A stretch of 63,326 nucleotides of DNA, the filler included, from Octopus bimaculoides (Eukaryota): the NCBI RefSeq assembly GCF_001194135.2. It is 7 parts of 6 records of this genome, joined end to end, with 100 filler letters (N's around TTAATTAATTAA, not from the genome) between each part and the next. Parts side by side here need not be neighbours in the genome. Positions count along the whole stretch, not along the records: positions 1 to 24,859 come from NC_068991.1; 6 more parts are not named here. One strand, 5' to 3'. Shown here in pieces: positions 1 through 13,420 of this stretch. Every line of letters starts with the position of its first letter. Position 1 is the stretch's first letter. The translations under genes were made by a program, and so were the position numbers. Below the pieces are notes generated by a model. That model saw nothing but the letters and a program-made list of their open reading frames with translations, ran no database searches and was not told the origin of the DNA.

Positions 1-193
1 GGGGGGGGGGGTAGAGGGAAGAAGTTTATTGCATTGAACCGAGTGTTCAACAGGTACTTATTTCATCGACACGAAAATGAGAAATGCAAAGCCACCTCGG
101 CTGAATCTCAAAACAAATCCGATAACCCGGAAAAGATGATGTTAATCATGTTGTCCAGCGTGCTATTGATTCCGTCAGCTCGCAACGTTGCAC

Positions 194-195
<2 letters not shown>

Positions 196-253
<58 letters not shown>

Positions 254-467
254 GATCTACATTTCAAAGTAATCCTACAAGGATTGTGTTTACAAGTATC
301 GTTGACATCCTTAGAAAAACTCTATCGACTTAAATGGTTCTTCTGTATTATATGTATGTATTTCTGTACTACCATTCCTCACCAAGCCTTCAGGCATAAT
401 TCATCTTCTGTTAATACTCACTTGCTCAAGGCAGTGTGTGTATTTCTTCGAATGATTTCATTTGATT

Positions 468-540
<73 letters not shown>

Positions 541-878
541 ACCACTACTACTTCTTCTACTACTACTACTAATAATAATAATAAGAATAAGAAGAAGAAG
601 AAGAAGAAGAAGAAGAACAAGAAGAAGAAAAAGAAGAAGAAGAAGAAGAAGAAGACGAAGAAGAAGAAGAAGAAGAAGAAGAAGAAGAAGAAGAAGAAGA
701 AGAAGAAGAAGAAGAAGAAGGACAACAACAACACCAACAATAATAATAAGAATAACAACAACAACAATAAGAAGAAGAACAATAACAATAATAATGATAA
801 TAACTTGTCCCTTGAGGTCTCTGGGTGATACTTGGTGCCAAATTGTACAAATGCAAAGCAAAAGTCAAACATAACATG

Positions 879-903
<25 letters not shown>
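196..903. repeat. Compound trinucleotide microsatellite block (AAT)n, (CTA/CTG)n, (AAG)n, (AAC)n
   Basis: Directly visible. It produces the poly-N/I/L/R/S ORFs at 34-953. Confidence 0.97.
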
Positions 904-904
<1 letters not shown>

Positions 905-911
<7 letters not shown>

Positions 912-1310
912 GCCCTGATACAGTACCAGGCAGTGGCTTTCGTGGTTTTTCATCTTAACTGATTGGAAGTGTTACCATGTACATTGTTTTGTCGTGGTAT
1001 AAAAAAGATGGGATACAACAAATATTGTGCTCATTACCACAGACTTACTTGTCAGAAGATTGACCTTAATCAGTTAAGCGTGTCACTTAGTGGCTGACCA
1101 TATATGCATTTCTGAGCACGAACAGAAGTAGTGGAGGAGCATCATTGCCATGTATTAAGAGGAATTCTCTGGGTTTGAATAATTCGCCTCTGGAAACACG
1201 GGTGTTTTGTTTATCATCCTTAAGCAAACCTTATTCAGGAACCTTTAGAGCGGGATGAGTTACTCAACCTGAAGAAAATTCTAACTGGACCCCACCTGCG
1301 ATGTCATCCA
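905..1310. mobile_element. Probable interspersed repeat (retroposon 3' part), family unassigned
   Basis: Complex, GC-richer block next to an (AAT)n tail. No coding signal. Family not identified. Confidence 0.3.
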
Positions 1311-2099
1311 TTTATTTATCGCTACGGCGGAGGTAATATTTACTGATGACAGAGTAGAAGACACAATTTAAACATGCCACGATGCCATGACTAGTTCAAA
1401 ATCAATAACGATGTTTCTAATTAAAACATTACATCACAGTACGGTTTCTGTGAAAAAACATTGTTAAAATTGTGCCTTTTCATGAAATGTTTTTTACAAG
1501 GTGCCGTAATAAACTTTTGTCTACAACAAACGAACATATTGTATTTATGTTCATACAGGGAAATAAGTTTGGTATTAAGAAAAAGAACAGCGTCTACTGA
1601 TATATAAGATATGATCATTTGCAGCATAATATTGGTTTATACACGAGATTAACGGAGAGAATTATCCTTTTTTTTATGCAAATTATATAGCAGTTAGTGA
1701 TGTGAATAAGGTGGAGATATCTAAATCCAATAATATGATACAAAACCAATAGCTGTTTTAATCGAGAAACAACTAGCACAGTATTAATTATCCAATAATA
1801 GGATGTGTCATAAATTACGGCGTAGACTATCTTACCGATAAAACTTTTCGCACTAGAATTCAGTTACATCAAAAGGCAACCTGTAAAAATATTGAATTCA
1901 GGGGAAAATCCCTGAATAATAATGGATAAACACCTTCTTATTCTTGTCAATTGTGCGCTGTAACACCGATATTGAAAGCTAGAAACTATGGAGCCTTAAA
2001 TAGATATAGTTTATAGAATGGAAAACAGAAGGGTAATTAGGATTATTAATATTGGTTTCGAATTTGGGGTGAAGATGTTTGCTCTGTTGGTTTACGTGT

Positions 2100-2470
2100 T
2101 CATTTGTTTGTTTCAGTAATTTGACTGTGGCCATGCTGGAGCAACACCTTTAGCCGAACAGATCTACCCCAGGACGTATTCTTTGTAAGCCTAGTACTTC
2201 TTCTTTTGGCGAAAAGCTAAGTTACGGAAATGTATAGACATCAACATCGGTTTTCAAGTGATGGTGGGGGGACAAACACAGAGACACAAACGCGCGCGCG
2301 CACACACACACACGCACGCACACACACACACGCACACACACACACGCACACACACACACACACACACACACCCACACACATATATATATATATATATATG
2401 CATGTTACACAAAGTCGCACATCTGGCCAAGGATACTTTCGATGCTATTCTAGTGTGTATGTAGACTAGA

Positions 2471-2540
<70 letters not shown>

Positions 2541-2703
2541 CGACTGGCTTCTATCAGTTTCCGTCTACCAAATCCACTCAAAAGGCTTTGGTCGGCCAGA
2601 GATCATATTAGAAGACACTTGCCTTAGGTGACACACAATGGGACTGAACCCGGAATCATGTGGTTGGTAAGCAAGCTACTTATCACACAGCCACTCCTGC
2701 GCC
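2100..2703 (-). mobile_element. tRNA-derived SINE, family A, with internal (CA/TA)n linker
   Basis: Reverse complement matches the + copies at 45370-45790, 56918-57565 and 59312-59745 (head GCGCAGGAGTGGCTGTGTG..., tail ...CAGCATGGCC.CAGTCAAAT.ACTGAAAC). Confidence 0.88.
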
Positions 2704-3460
2704 TATTGTTATGCATATGAATGCAAGATCGTAATTTCGGTCTCTGAACTGGGCGGAATGTTGTGCATTGAGGAAATCGCTTCATTTCATTTGATATTGA
2801 TCCAGGATGATGATGATGATGATTATAAAAATAGTAAAACTGACTCAGTGCAGTCTGTGCAGTTTAATTCAGTTGAATTTTACATTGCGTTATCGTGCTT
2901 TAAGGGCGAACTGACACTTAACAAACACTAACACACACACACACACATATCGCTCGGGTAAGACAACGTAGTAACTCTATGTCTTTAGACTACATGGAAG
3001 TAACAATGGAAATGATTTACTAATAATCAATAAATATACAGCAGAATTGATTATCCATTACTGAATCATCAACAACAAACAATACACCTCATGATAATTC
3101 TCTTCTATTTTGTGTGAGAATTATATTTTAACAGATTTTATGCAGCCAGCAAAATGAATGAATAATTAAATAGTGATAACACCAATATTCGAATTGTTAA
3201 TTATCATAAACTATTTTAATAACGTAAATCGATTGAAACAAAGAAATTAAACTCGAGGTTTGCTCAGTGGAACAATATACATGGTATCAGACAAAGTACG
3301 GCTCTTTTATAGGAACAGATGCAGCAAAGTTTGGTAAGTGAACATATTGCTGATAAATTTAAATGATGTGTTGGTACCACGGCTGCCCCTAGTCTACATA
3401 CACACTAGAATAGCATCGAAAGTATCCTTGGCGAGATGTGCGACTTTGTGTAACATGCAT
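2398..3460. repeat. 76-bp inverted duplicate (2398-2473 versus 3385-3460)
   Basis: ATGCATGTTACACAAAGTCGCACATCTGGCCAAGGATACTTTCG...GTAGACTAGAGGC recurs in reverse complement with 2 mismatches. Confidence 0.95.
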
Positions 3461-4591
3461 AACAAATAAGAATGGTTGGAGAACTATGTGACTGGTGGCA
3501 AGTACGAACGATATCCGTTGTAATTTCATTATTAGCGTCGATGATGAGACGGTGGATTGGAAGCTTAATAAAAATATCGAAATAATACCTAACGGTATTA
3601 GTTCCACAGTTCTATGCTATGCGTTCAAATTGTGGAGGGATTAACTTTGTCTTTTATCACAACGGGTTCGATAAAATAAAATATCATTCACAGAATGGGG
3701 TCAACATAATCGACTAAAAATTTCCTTTCAAAAATTTTGACCTCATACCTGAATAAATTTTAAAGGAAAAAAGTTAGTATCAGCCGAGGCTATAGCTCAG
3801 CCAGTTGCACGTAAATTTCACGAGCAAGTTGTTGATCGTATCAGCTGGGACCCTTCTCATCGAAACCAACAGGGCGCTCATTTACATATATATATGAAAT
3901 TTTGAATCTAGTTCACAAACGCCCAGCCATACTTTTGCGGACCACAGATTGGGAACTATTGGTATAGTTTTCTTTTTATATACAGCAGCAAAATTTCCAT
4001 GCCTGTAAATTCCCAATATGGAATATATACAAGAGATTTGGGTTTTATTTTGATGTATGACTTTTTAAAAAAATAAAGTGATTTACATATTCAACGTCAA
4101 ATATTTCATCTTGTATTCTACATGCGACCAGCAGTAGCAACTGACATAATGGACACGAAGCATTATTCTTTATTCTTTCATAATAAAGATCTTAAACCAA
4201 CGTGAAGGATTTTTTATTAGCAGACATGCCAAATCCAATATTGCGATGAGTGTTACAGCACCGAAGTCGTTATATTTCAGCATTCGGCCATACAAAACAT
4301 CACTTTCAATTGTTATCTGTAAATGCATAAATATAAACTGAAGTATTGGAGATAATTCACAGCATTATACCTCTAATTTTTTTTCTTTTACTAGACGGCA
4401 AACATTCTGGGGCACCGTCTTGGATGATATAAGCCGAAGAGATCAATCTTGCTCCATTTGTTTATATATGGTAGTATTTATTTATCGTTGTTCCCAAAAA
4501 ATTCGTTTTCCTTCTTTTGGGATTTTATGTTCTCGTTTTGTCATGTTGTTTAGGTTTTTTTTAACGTCATGTACTTGTATATATGTATAAA

Positions 4592-4627
<36 letters not shown>

Positions 4628-4683
4628 TATATATATATCACAGTTTTGTCTCACACCTTCTTCTTGTTTCTGTTGTACCTGTA

Positions 4684-4855
4684 TTTCAAACGGTCAGCTT
4701 TGTCACACTCTGTGTCACGCTAAATCTTCCTGAGAACTACCTTAAGTTTACACGTGTCTGTGGAGTGCTCAGCTATTGCATGTTAATTCCACTAGCAGGC
4801 TGTTCCGTTCAGCGGATCAACTGGAACCCTCGTTGTCGTAACCGACGGAGTGCTG
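4684..4855 (+). mobile_element. SINE family C, 3' part (degenerate)
   Basis: Reverse complement of the copies at 31486-31665 and 34728-35086 (GGATCAACTGGAACCCTCG..GTCGTAA.CGACGGAGTGC). Confidence 0.85.
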
Positions 4856-5809
4856 TAGTAATTGATATCATTATCAAGTTACGTACACTAGGTCAATGTA
4901 ATCTGTTACAGCACTCTATCAAAAAAAGTTTTTGGCCATATTCCAACGGAAAGAAATCAATGTTAGTTCCATCACATCGCTAAAAGCAGAGATTCGGACG
5001 CGCTTCATTTACATTCTTATTAAATATGTTTAATTGTTTTTTTTTGCTCAAAAACATTATTTATGTTGCATTATGTACTTACAAGAGAAAGTGTGCGTCT
5101 AAATATTTTTCCTGCCTGAATATGTAAAAAGCATACATGTAAAAAGTTTCAGTTAACCCTTGTAACTAGACGTAATTTAAATTTTAACGATTTTCAGATT
5201 TTATCTCTTGCTTGTTTCACTCACTGGACTGCGGCCATCATGTTGAAACGCCAAAGAGGGTTTTATTCGAAAGTATCGGCTGCACTACTTACGTGTTTTC
5301 TTTAAGTCTCGCACATATTTTATCGAAACATTTGCCGAGCTACTAAGGTATGTGGACGTAAACACACCACCCTACAAATGACTGAAACAAGTAAAATAAT
5401 AAAAAAACATATAAATACATACACATGAACACACAGACACGTACATACAAGCAAACACATACACACACACTTTGTGTAATCTGTGTAATCTGCATGCATA
5501 TTCTAGCATGTGACTTTTCTACGATTCAATATGAGCCACGATATGTGTTTTCTTTGAGAGAAAGAGAAGTAGAGGAAGAGAGTGTGGCTGTATTTGCGTG
5601 TATGTGTGTATGTGTTTGTGTATGTGTTTGTGTATCTGTCTGTGTGTGAGCGTATCTTACAGTTCATTTTCTTATGTCGTTTCAAACTCGTCGTACAATG
5701 CGTTCTTTCACAGCATTCATGTTGAGATATATTATTTTTTTTTTCGCCATAACATACTTCTTCCAATACAGCTTTGTAGCTCCAGGATAGAAGTCATGTT
5801 CGAGTTATA

Positions 5810-6013
5810 TCATCGCTATCATCGATATGATGCTGATGATAGTCATCATCATCATCGTCAACGTTGTCAATATCATCATCATCATCATCATCACCATCAC
5901 CATTATTATTATAATTACCATTATCATAGTCATTATTGTTTCGTAGCATAATATTAGTACGAAACTTGATAGTTGCTGCAACAACTGTAGAAAAAAAATA
6001 AAAGCAGCAGAAT

Positions 6014-6095
<82 letters not shown>
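5810..6095. repeat. (ATC/ATT)n and (AGT)n microsatellites
   Basis: Directly visible. Confidence 0.95.
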
Positions 6096-6264
6096 AATTT
6101 TTCTTATTATCTGCACCAAACTGCGGTATCAGTATCCTTCTAAAAAAAAAATTTATACAACTTAACATTTTAGAGAAAACAGAAAACACGTGAAAACCAC
6201 TCCCACATACACATACACACACAATTACACTCACATAATTATAAGTACAAATATCCAAATACGT

Positions 6265-6315
<51 letters not shown>

Positions 6316-7087
6316 CACACACACACACATTATTTGTTTTTACATGACTGAACGCGGCGTCTCCAATTGTAAGTAGTTTTCGTAAACTTATATCTTCCGA
6401 CGCTACTCTATCTCTTTCTCTTTCTCTTCCTCTATCTTTTTCCCCCCCTCGTTCTTCCTCTTTACTACTACGTATCTCGCTTTACCCTTGTCGTTCTTCC
6501 TCTGTTACTACTACGTATCTCTTTCTTCCCCCTCGTACTTCCTCTCTTTCTCGTTTCCTCTCGTTGCTCACCTATTCTTCTACTTCCTCCCTTTGTTTCT
6601 CCCTTTACCGCTCTCTCTCTCTTCCCCTTACACCGGCATGGTCACATGCTTCCGGTCAATAATCCTTTTCTTCCTTGGCTATCGCCGAGCAAACACGCGA
6701 ACCTTCGTCCCATTCAAGTTCGTGCCTCACATCGTTCATACACACACAATTTTTCTCGTCTAGCCGTAAAGCCTTTTCTGTTTGTTTTCCTGTCTTGTTT
6801 TTTGTCCACCACTACATTCCTCCATGGCAAGATTTAATTTGCGTATACAAATTTAATCTGCGGTCCATGGGATGAGCCGTTTTAACGATGCGTCAGAATG
6901 TTCTCTATGTGGCTTGCGTGTTTTCTCGTCTACGTTTTGTTTGCAATGTCCTGTACCCAGATATGCACCTATACATACAGGTGGATGTCGGTATGCACAT
7001 ACCTGTACGTATATATGCATATACTCATTTACTATNNNNNNNNNNNNNNNNNNNNNNNNNNNNNNNNNNNNNNNNNNNNNNNNNNNN

Positions 7088-7121
<34 letters not shown>

Positions 7122-7158
7122 CACATATATCTACACACACACACACACACCTTATGTT

Positions 7159-7199
<41 letters not shown>

Positions 7200-8179
7200 G
7201 TATACGGTTACATATATGTATATATTGATATGTATATGTATATATATGTAGATATATTTTTTTATGTGTGTGTGTAGGTATATCTGTGTGTATATGCATA
7301 TCTATATAGAGAGATATAGATGTGTGTGTGAGTGTGTATGTATACGTTAGCAAACTTTCATAAACGAATATGTAACACAAATATAATCTGGAGAGTAGTG
7401 CAACGAGATTATGAAAAAGATAGATTATAAACGAATTTGTGTAGACGAAAGTTAATAAGAGAAAGTGTGAGAGGCAAATGTGATAAAAAGAATTTTTATG
7501 AGGTCAGTGTAACAATATATGGGAGAAACCTCGACAGAATGGAAACGCGAATATCGGGATGATTTTGATAGTTTATATAAGAAAAATAGAGTAGCAGCAT
7601 GGAATATAATTGAAGAGACACGATGAGCCATAAATAAGGAAATTAATAAATTTGAATTCAGATATTCCATGTTGAAGTATATTTAATTATTATGAAGAAA
7701 AGGAAGTATATTACAGAAAGTAATAATTAAAGACAAAAAATTCGGGAAGTAATGAATTATATTATTCTGATCGACATATAGATATGTAGACAGGTATGCA
7801 GGCAAATAGACAAGACTGAAGCAAGTGTATTCATCCGAACATGGATATACACAATCGCGTATATATATATCTGTATGTGTGTGTGTGTGTAACTCTGTAT
7901 ATGTATATATGAATACAGTGAGAGTGAGTGAGAGACAGGAACCGATGGATACAGAGACGGATATTCATGAAAATAGATTCGAAATTTAGTGAGAAAGTCT
8001 TTAGTAGAAAGTTTGAATATGTTAAATTAAGATGCATGATCGATATGAAGAAGTAAATATAACAGTGCGTGTGTGTGTTTACACACGAACATACGTTCAT
8101 CCATAGAGTCATAAATGTAAATGCATTTATTACATTCATACACATACACACGCATCTATCTACCTACCTAACTACCTAT

Positions 8180-8290
8180 TTAGAATAAGTACCAGGCTTA
8201 CAAAGAATATGTCCTGGGGTTGATTTGCTCGACTAAAGGCAGTGCTCTAGCATGGCCGCAGTCAAATGACTGAAACAAGTAAAAGTGTAA
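8180..8290 (+). mobile_element. SINE family A, 3' tail fragment
   Basis: AGAATAAGTACCAGGCTTACAAAGAAT...CTAGCATGGCCGCAGTCAAATGACTGAAACAAGTAAAA matches 57445-57560. Confidence 0.85.
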
Positions 8291-9137
8291 AATGAGTGGA
8301 AACTTTACCGGTGAGTGTGTTAAATTATAAATAATTAAAAGAGAATGACTCTCCCCATACACAACAGAATATATATTCAAATTCATATATATCTATATGT
8401 ACATATATATATGTATATATATATNNNNNNNNNNNNNNNNNNNNNNNNNNNNNNNNNNNNNNNNNNNNNNNNNNNNNNNNNNNNNNNNNNNNNNNNNNNN
8501 NNNNNNNNNNNNNNNNNNNNNNNTATATATAAATTTACATACATACACATATACATCGTTGTGTGAGTGTTGCGTGTGTGTATGTGTGTAAACCTAATGA
8601 AATTCCAAACTACTCTAAGCTACAATTCAATAACGCTACAGACGACAGCCATCTCAATATGGCGGTGATGGAAAAAAGCAACAATTGCGATATTACAGAC
8701 ACAATATCCCAGGGTAGATAACAATGGTAAAAAGCGATTATGAAGAAATATAAAAACCAGAGAATGTAATTTACTCAAGAGTTTGCTGTGAAATAGAAGA
8801 ACACCGTGCAGTAATAATAATTGGAGGTCTGCGGGTCGTTAAAAGAGAATTCTAAATTTCTTAAACAAGCTGGCACTGGAAACGATTTAGGAATATTTCC
8901 AACGATATTTCTTCTTCACTTTTGAATTGGCGAAATAAAGGTTTTGCGGTTTGGTTTTTAAGTTTTTTTTCTTGCTTTTTTTTTTACCTTTAACTAGCCA
9001 TACAATTCTGTCTCGTTCAGAATGTAAATAATTAAATACATTGATCGATTGTATGAAACTGTTGCTAACAAACAGCATCTTTCAGAACGCAACAGGGAAT
9101 TGTGTAACAAAATGCAATCTCTCTCTCTCTTTCTCTT

Positions 9138-9194
<57 letters not shown>

Positions 9195-9404
9195 GCATCG
9201 TCTACATAATATCTAAATAGTATTAAATGAGATCGAATGATATCAATATTTGTTGTTTATCTTTTATTTTGTTCCTTTTACATGTCTCAGTCACTGTGTT
9301 ACACCTTTAGGATCACATTGAAGGGTTAAATGGAACACATCGATCCCAAAATACATTATTTTCAAAATATGGCATTTATACTATTGTTCTCTTGCCGAAC
9401 CGCT

Positions 9405-9468
9405 AAGTTACTGGAATATAAGTTACTGGAATGTAAGTTACTGGAATGTAAGTTACTGGAATGTAAGT
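9405..9468. repeat. 15-bp tandem repeat (AAGTTACTGGAATGT) x4 inside a SINE A remnant
   Basis: Units start at 9405, 9420, 9435 and 9450, preceded by the SINE A segment GCCGAACCGCT. Confidence 0.92.
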
Positions 9469-9830
9469 CTTCTAGATCGTTACAGAGTCTTCTAGCCGCC
9501 ATCCAGCTGGTTACAAAACGAAATTCTTAATCATACAACCTTGCTAAATCAATCCATAATAGAAATTTTCATACAACTTTAAACGCAAAAATATTGAGAA
9601 TGTATTAAAACGAATGTTGAACCCTACAGAACGCAATTCGTAGTGTCCCTTTTCATTCAGTAAAGTAGGGGATCCTATTCGATGTCTTGCCAAAAATTCA
9701 CAACGGTAATTTATTCTCAGTAGAGTGTGCCAAACCTTCGGGAAGCGACATGCTGCACATCCACCACAAGCGAAAACATTCTCCTATACATCCTCCCCTC
9801 CGCCCTAACTCCTCCTCCTCCTCCTGCAAC

Positions 9831-9880
<50 letters not shown>

Positions 9881-9964
9881 GTAATGATTATAACAATAAT
9901 GATAATAATGATAACACGTTGGCAATAATGATTATATTGTTGGTGAATGAAGAAGTATATATGC

Positions 9965-10028
<64 letters not shown>

Positions 10029-10489
10029 ATATATACATCTGATGGGTTCAAAAGAAAACTTAATAAAGTAAACAAAAAAAATTCTCATAAATAAATTATT
10101 TTCTAATTAATCTTTGTTGATAATTTCGCACCCTGGAGTAATGATGTCACAGATAACGTGGACTGATTGTGAGTTCGGCATTTTAATTTTTTCTTTCGCT
10201 TTCGGTCTTTCCATTGATATAATTCTTGTTGTTACAATTGCTTTTTATTGCCCTTTTTGTTATTATTGTTGCTGTTGTTGCTAGTAGTAGTGGTGGTGGT
10301 GGTGGTTATGATGTTGTTAGTGTTGCTGTTGTTGACGCTGGTGATGTCGTTCCAGATTGATAATGGTGAATATCTTGGCTTCTACAATTTCGCTTCGGTA
10401 CATTTTTCTTCTTTCTTGTTACAAATTCTGTTCCTTTCTTTGTCGCTCTTCCGGTTTCCATTCTCATGTTTTCGCTCTTGTTAATTTTG

Positions 10490-10704
10490 CTCTTGTTGTC
10501 GCTGCTGCTGCTGCTGCTGCTTCTTCTTCTTCTTCTTCTTCTTCTTCTTCTTCTTCTTCTTCTTCTTCTTCTTTCTTTCTTTCTCTTCTTCCCCTTAATT
10601 CTTATTCTTCTACATGTTGTTGTTATTGTTGTTGTTGTTCTTCTTCCTCCTCTTCCCCTTCTTCACTTTCTTTTTCTACGTATGCTGCTGCTGCTGCTCC
10701 TACC

Positions 10705-10737
<33 letters not shown>

Positions 10738-11130
10738 TCGTCTACTTCTTTTTTCTTCTACTTCTGCCTCATCTTCTCTACGTTATCTACTTTTTTCTTT
10801 TTCATATTTTCTCCTTTTCTCTCCTTCTTTCTCCTGCGACCTCCTTCTGTCACTGCTACTCCTGCTGTTGCTATTTTCCTTCGAACATACATCCTCTCTG
10901 CAACTTTCTCCCATTCACCTCCACGTTTTTTTCCCCCTTTCCTACCTTTTCTCCATCTTCTTCATCGCATTTTTCGTTTTCTACCCGACATCGTTATTAT
11001 TCTATTAAGTTTTCGATCACCTTCCCTTCTCTCCCCTTCTCCTCCTCATTATTATTCTCTCCCCTCCTCCTCCTCATTATCATTCTCTCCTCTTCTTCTT
11101 CTTCCTCCTCTTCCTCCACCTCTCCCCCAA
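10490..11130. repeat. Pyrimidine-rich low-complexity tract with (GCT)n, (TCT)n, (CTA)n
   Basis: Directly visible. Source of the spurious 281/180/174-aa ORFs. Confidence 0.9.
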
Positions 11131-11664
11131 CCTATTAATACTACTGTAGTTCATCATATCTATTGGTTTCAGTTACGTTTTCTCTATGTCACGCTTTTCT
11201 AATATCTTTACCATATTTTTACACTTCCCACTTGTTACTGTCTCAGTTGTTAACTTATTTTACAGCTGTTCCAGTTTCTTTTGCTGCACAGTTTTACACT
11301 CTGCTCGTTTCAGATCTATGAACACTACATCCTTTTGTTATCGTCGTCTTCGTAGAACAGCCTCATTTCTCAAATTGCCATTGTTATTGTTATAACTGCG
11401 TTTCACGTTTCTTTTTTTTTGTTTTTTTTTTTTAATTTGTCGTTGTCAACAGGTAGCGTTCTCCCTTCTGATTAACTTGCTTCAGGTGTCGGAGCTAAGT
11501 TTGCCCTTCTCTTCTTTTTTCCTCTTTACCTGTGCAATCTCTTCATTTAATCTCCCCTCTCATTCACAATCTTTTAAAGCTTCACATAATAAAAATTTCT
11601 TTCGCTCTAATTTTCACTTCTTCAGTCCCTCTCCATTTCTCCTTCATTTCTTATTCTTCATAGC

Positions 11665-11698
<34 letters not shown>

Positions 11699-12496
11699 GC
11701 GCACGTGTGTGTATACATATATTTACACACATATATATATATACATGTATATACATGTGTATATATATGTATACATACATATATGTGTGTGTGTGTATGT
11801 GCATGTGCGTGTGTGTGTTTTAATGGAATTCTGTCCTCAACACATATTTTATTCCCCCTTCACTGCACCTCATCTATCATATATGCTTATCTTGATTATA
11901 TCTGTGCACGAGATCGCATTCTACTCTTAATTTCGCTCTCTCGCACACGCACTGCTTAATTATTCCTTCCTTATATCGCATTATACCTGATTAGTATTTA
12001 TGTCATTGCATACGCCTCTCTAGATACAAATGCTGAATTATCTTTTCATGACCATACAAGCATATTCACGCGTGCTCGCACATATGCATACCTAGAAACA
12101 AACATACATACAAACATACATACAGAAGGTATACATAATTAAGTACTTGTTGTTATGCATTCTGTGGTAATACTTTAATGTGATTTGTTGTTTAAGGCCA
12201 GAACAATCCGAGAAAGTAGAAATAATGTACAAAAAAAAAAGAGAACTAACCAAAGGCGCACTTTAATCTGTATTTCTGTATTTCAGTGATATTACCACTT
12301 CTTCCGCACATTTTGAAAAGCGAAAGACGGAAAAATCGTTGCACAGGTGGTGGGGGAAACAAGGAAAAAGGTGAAAGGTGATGTGCATTAGCTGGTGTTG
12401 CTATTGTAATTAGTCTGTTTCACATATTATGTTGTCAAGTATGAAGTTTGTAGAAAAGAAAAAAAAAAGAAGTTTGCTAATGTTTTATAAATATGC

Positions 12497-13006
12497 ATTT
12501 CGTATATCCATCGCAATACGATTTATATACGCGTATATCCATTTTGTATATCCATCGTAATACGATTTATGCAAACGTATATCTATTATATATGTACATC
12601 GTAATACGATTTATGTACACATATATCCATTACGTATATCTATTGTAATAAGATTTATGTACACGTATATCCGTTTTGTATATCTATCGTAATACGATTT
12701 ATGTACACGTATATCCATTATGTATATCCATCGGAATACGATTTATGTTCACGTACATTCATTATATATATCCATCGTAATATGATTTATATAAACGTAT
12801 ATGCATTATATATATCAATTGTAATAATATTTATGTCTACGTATATCCATGATATATATCCATCGTAATACGTTTTATGTATAGGTATACCCATTATGTA
12901 TATCGATCGTAATATGATTTATGTACACGTATATCCATTTTGTATATCCATCGTAATACGATTTATCTATACATATATCCATTATGCATATCCATTGTAA
13001 TACGAT
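12497..13006. repeat. 44-bp minisatellite, about 12 copies
   Basis: Consensus TATCCATCGTAATACGATTTATGTACACGTATATCCATTATGTA. The AATA(C/T)G core recurs at 12515, 12559, 12603 ... 12999 with exact 44-nt spacing. Confidence 0.95.
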
Positions 13007-13239
13007 CATTTTTCGACCGTTTCACTCTTTTACACGAAATATTTCCATGCTATTATTCATCTAATAATCTATGTGTGATGCAGTTAGCACTACTTGCAAT
13101 GCCTGGGAGGAAAAGATGATTGAACACTCAGAATAAAATTAAGTTTAAGATTCTGCTTAAAGGGGCCTGTCGCAAAGGAAACAATTGGAACTGAAGTCAG
13201 CAGTGAACGTTGGATATGTATTATGCCTTACCACTCTTA

Positions 13240-13420
13240 AATATTCTTTTCTACTCTGGCCACAAGGCCCGAAATTTTTGGTATTTAATTTTATCGACCC
13301 AGAAAGGATGAAAGGCAAAGTCGACCTCGGCGGAATTTGAACTCAGAACGTAAAGACAGACGAAATACTGCTAAGCATTTTGCCCCGCGTGATAAAGTTT
13401 CTGCCAGCTCGCTGCCTTAA
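13240..13420 (-). mobile_element. tRNA-derived SINE, family B
   Basis: ATCGACCCAGAAAGGATGAAAGGCAAAGTCGACCTCGGCGGAATTTGAACTCAGAACG is shared with more than 15 other copies in the window. Confidence 0.9.

Noticed and set aside
34-953. Long ORFs of poly-N/I/L/R/S/T (also 10357-11202, 15432-15884, 23574-24275, 55719-56443)
   Set aside because: They are translations of trinucleotide microsatellites, open in several frames and on both strands, with no complex sequence.
12497-13006. CRISPR-like array
   Set aside because: The units are contiguous with no unique spacers, the context is eukaryotic, and there are no cas genes.
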